A DNA stretch of 41,774 nt, from contig CAZMBG010000001.1 of NCBI GenBank assembly GCA_964564615.1, positions 1-41,774 on the forward strand. The letters run 5' to 3'. Numbering within the stretch: position 1 is the stretch's first letter; each line of letters opens with the position of its first letter. Source of the stretch: an uncultured Candidatus Planktophila sp. Lineage in GTDB: Bacteria; Actinomycetota; Actinomycetes; Nanopelagicales; Nanopelagicaceae. The notes beneath the pieces were generated by a model. That model was not told the DNA's origin. It saw only the letters and a program-made list of their open reading frames with translations, and did not search any database. Position numbers and translations under genes: made by a program. Shown piece by piece: positions 39,904-41,774 of the stretch.

Positions 39904-41196
39904 TCACGAGCGTGAGATTTGCAAGCGTCCAGCTCGTTTTCCATCCATAGATAAGACGGTGATACGGATTCCATTGAGATTGATAAGGTCGCCGACAGCG
40001 GGCAGTCGGCCAAGGAAGTGCATGACGAAGCCGCTGAGCGTCTCATAAGGCCCTTCTGGAATATCAACACCAGACTGTTCGAGTAGGTCGATTAATGAGA
40101 TGAGTCCATCAACCTCGAAGTCAGAGGTGCGCGATGCGGCTGAGAGTTCGACTTCATCGGCGTCGTATTCATCGCGGATCTCGCCTATTAGGCATTCGAC
40201 CAAATCTTCAAGGGTGACAATTCCATCTGTTCCGCCATATTCATCAACCACGATTGCCAGATGTTGGCGTTGATCGCGCATTTCAGTCAGCGCCGGCAGG
40301 ACTCCTTTAGTGCCTGGAAGAAACATGACATTTCGGCTGAGCTCCTGAATTTTGGCTTGCGAGTTTACGAGTGAAGGATCGAGGAGATCGCGCACATGGA
40401 TAAATCCAATTACTTCATCAGATGAGCCCCGTACAACGGGATAGCGCGAGTGCGCCTTCTCAGCGGCGAGCGCGATCGCTTTTGAAATGGTGAGAGAACC
40501 ATCGATGAAATCAACTTCGGTGCGCGGCACCATAATTTCGTGTACCTGTCGCTCTGATGCATTAAATACTTCTTCAACAATGTCGCGCTCTTCTTCGGTG
40601 AGCGCCGCATGTCCTGCCACGAGCTCAAGAAGCTCTTCTTCTGAAATTGATTCGCGCTGTTCTTTTGGATCGAGGCCAAAAATACGTAGGACGATATCGG
40701 TCGATTTTGAGAGCAACCAAATGATGGGGCGAAATGCGCTGGCAATAAAATCAACTGGGCCAGCCGAAGCGAGCGCAATTTTCTCCGAACGAAAGAGGGC
40801 TAATTTCTTTGGAGCTAATTCGCCAATGACAAGTGAAAAGTATGCAATCACTAATGTAACGAGAACGAGTGCAGTGGTTTCGGCGGTTTTGAGCGACATA
40901 CCTAAATCTTCAAGATGTGGAGTCACATACCCACCCAATCTTTCGGCACCTAAAGCAGCAGATAGGAATCCGCAGACCGTGACTCCCACCTGTACTGCAG
41001 CCAAGAGTCGATTGGGGTTAGAGGCGAGCTTTGCGACCCGGGCTCCAGCGCTACCTTTCTGGGCAATCTGACGAATCTGGCTTTCGCGCAGCGAGATTAA
41101 GGCGATTTCGGCTGCGACAAAGAGCGAGCCGACCAAGATGAGTCCTAAGACGAGAAGGATGGATGAAAGAAGCGAACCACTCGGGTGACTTTCCAT
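39904..41196 (-). CDS. Hemolysin-like CNNM/CBS/CorC-HlyC domain membrane protein
   Basis: FVAAEIALIS, GELAPK, EIMVPRT, HSRYPV, VVDEYGGTDGIVTLED and YETLSG. Start moved to ATG 41196. Confidence 0.92.
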   Translation of the reverse strand: MESHPSGSLLSSILLVLGLILVGSLFVAAEIALISLRESQIRQIAQKGSAGARVAKLASNPNRLLAAVQVGVTVCGFLSAALGAERLGGYVTPHLEDLGMSLKTAETTALVLVTLVIAYFSLVIGELAPKKLALFRSEKIALASAGPVDFIASAFRPIIWLLSKSTDIVLRIFGLDPKEQRESISEEELLELVAGHAALTEEERDIVEEVFNASERQVHEIMVPRTEVDFIDGSLTISKAIALAAEKAHSRYPVVRGSSDEVIGFIHVRDLLDPSLVNSQAKIQELSRNVMFLPGTKGVLPALTEMRDQRQHLAIVVDEYGGTDGIVTLEDLVECLIGEIRDEYDADEVELSAASRTSDFEVDGLISLIDLLEQSGVDIPEGPYETLSGFVMHFLGRLPAVGDLINLNGIRITVLSMDGKRAGRLQISRS

Positions 41197-41260
41197 AATG
41201 TAAGAAGTGTAGCGAGCCTCTTCCCCCAAGGGAATTCCCGCACTAATCTAGGCAGCGCTA

Positions 41261-41274
41261 GCCAACCGGTTGGC
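41261..41274. promoter_or_regulatory. Perfect palindrome GCCAACCGGTTGGC, LacI-family operator-like, upstream of msiK
   Basis: 14-bp perfect palindrome just downstream of a putative -10 TAATCT (41244-41249). An AnCGnT-type core is typical of LacI-family sites; the assignment is inference. Confidence 0.5.
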
Positions 41275-41322
41275 ACCTAATCCAACGGATCGTCGGGCAC
41301 GTACCTGCCCGGATAAGGAAGA
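41275..41322 (+). ncRNA. msiK RNA motif (cis-regulatory element in the msiK 5' UTR)
   Basis: ACGGATCGTCGGGCACGTACCTGCCCGGATAAGG with hairpin CGGGCA-cgtacc-TGCCCG next to the SD. It resembles the described actinobacterial msiK motif and sits directly upstream of msiK. Recognised by eye; boundaries approximate. Confidence 0.8.
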
Positions 41323-41327
41323 AATAA

Positions 41328-41774
41328 ATGGCATCAGTTGTATTTGAAAATGCATCCCGCATCTATCCAGGCACAACCAGCCCTGCTGTAGATAAGCTCA
41401 ACCTCACCGTCGCAGATGGCGAGTTCCTAGTGCTTGTTGGTCCATCAGGTTGCGGTAAGTCAACATCACTTCGTATGTTGGCAGGTCTAGAAGAGATCGA
41501 CGGAGGTCGCATTCTTATTGGAGATCGCGACGTTACCAACGTGGCACCGAAAGATCGCGATATTGCGATGGTGTTCCAGTCATATGCGCTCTACCCACAC
41601 ATGACAGTTGCAGAGAACATGGGCTTCGCGCTCAAGATTGCCGGCGTTGATAAGGCAGAACGCGATAAGCGAGTTCTCGAAGCAGCTAAGTTGCTCGATC
41701 TCGAGCAGTACCTCGAGCGTAAGCCAAAGGCTCTTTCAGGTGGACAGCGTCAGCGCGTTGCAATGGGTCGCGCA
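41328..41774 (+). CDS. msiK: MsiK/UgpC-type multiple-sugar ABC transporter ATP-binding protein, 3' end runs off the window
   Basis: Not in the ORF track. Manual translation gives [15 protein letters not shown]...[22 protein letters not shown]...[19 protein letters not shown]...[14 protein letters not shown]. Confidence 0.92.
   Translation, partial: MASVVFENASRIYPGTTSPAVDKLNLTVADGEFLVLVGPSGCGKSTSLRMLAGLEEIDGGRILIGDRDVTNVAPKDRDIAMVFQSYALYPHMTVAENMGFALKIAGVDKAERDKRVLEAAKLLDLEQYLERKPKALSGGQRQRVAMGRA

Noticed and set aside
40487-41071. 194-aa plus-strand ORF, and similar long antisense ORFs (35610-36080, 31748-32206, 31343-31705, 10828-11205, 9015-9374)
   Set aside because: They lie antisense to well-supported genes and are Ser/Thr-rich with no recognisable motifs, typical of shadow frames.
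39904-41196. 'Hemolysin' as a toxin or virulence factor
   Set aside because: The CNNM/CBS/CorC architecture is a widespread metal-homeostasis membrane protein; nothing here indicates a toxin.
1-41774. CRISPR arrays, tRNA/rRNA genes, IS/prophage/integrase genes, defence systems or a foreign island
   Set aside because: I saw no spaced repeats, RNA-gene-like stretches or mobility genes. Nearly all sequence is covered by intact housekeeping ORFs, with no obvious composition shift by eye.

Overview
A very gene-dense, housekeeping stretch of an actinobacterial chromosome. The compact layout, moderate GC (estimated by eye, not computed) and gene set fit a streamlined freshwater actinobacterium (acI/Nanopelagicales-like; inference). 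From left to right: (1) moeZ (partial), tetR, a DEAD-box helicase, marC, a PHP hydrolase and an EamA transporter. (2) An MgtE-like soluble protein with DUF1003, then the mrp-tatB-htrA-O-methyltransferase-aminopeptidase-DUF3117 block, which lacks the sigE/rseA pair but has a tiny stand-alone sigma-region-4 ORF nearby, followed by SRPBCC, LOG and dapD. (3) A cell-envelope glycopolymer cluster: SpoIID-like protein, Wzt/Wzm, GT2, LCP and ugd. (4) purE/purK, birA and an acyl-CoA carboxylase operon with maf. (5) A nucleoside uptake and salvage cluster: punA, a phosphosugar mutase, deoC, add, deoA, cdd, an ABC transporter and two BMP-family binding proteins. (6) trpS, a CBS/CNNM protein, and msiK (partial) preceded by an msiK RNA motif. 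I found no tRNA/rRNA, CRISPR array, mobile element or clear accessory island, and I cannot support a wholly new multi-gene system. The best leads are the pervasive leaderless, back-to-back promoters, the orphan sigma-4 mini-protein, a likely non-canonical (ATT) start for the aminopeptidase, two binding proteins without lipoboxes (one with a diverged pocket), and the structured leader regions upstream of the BMP gene and msiK.
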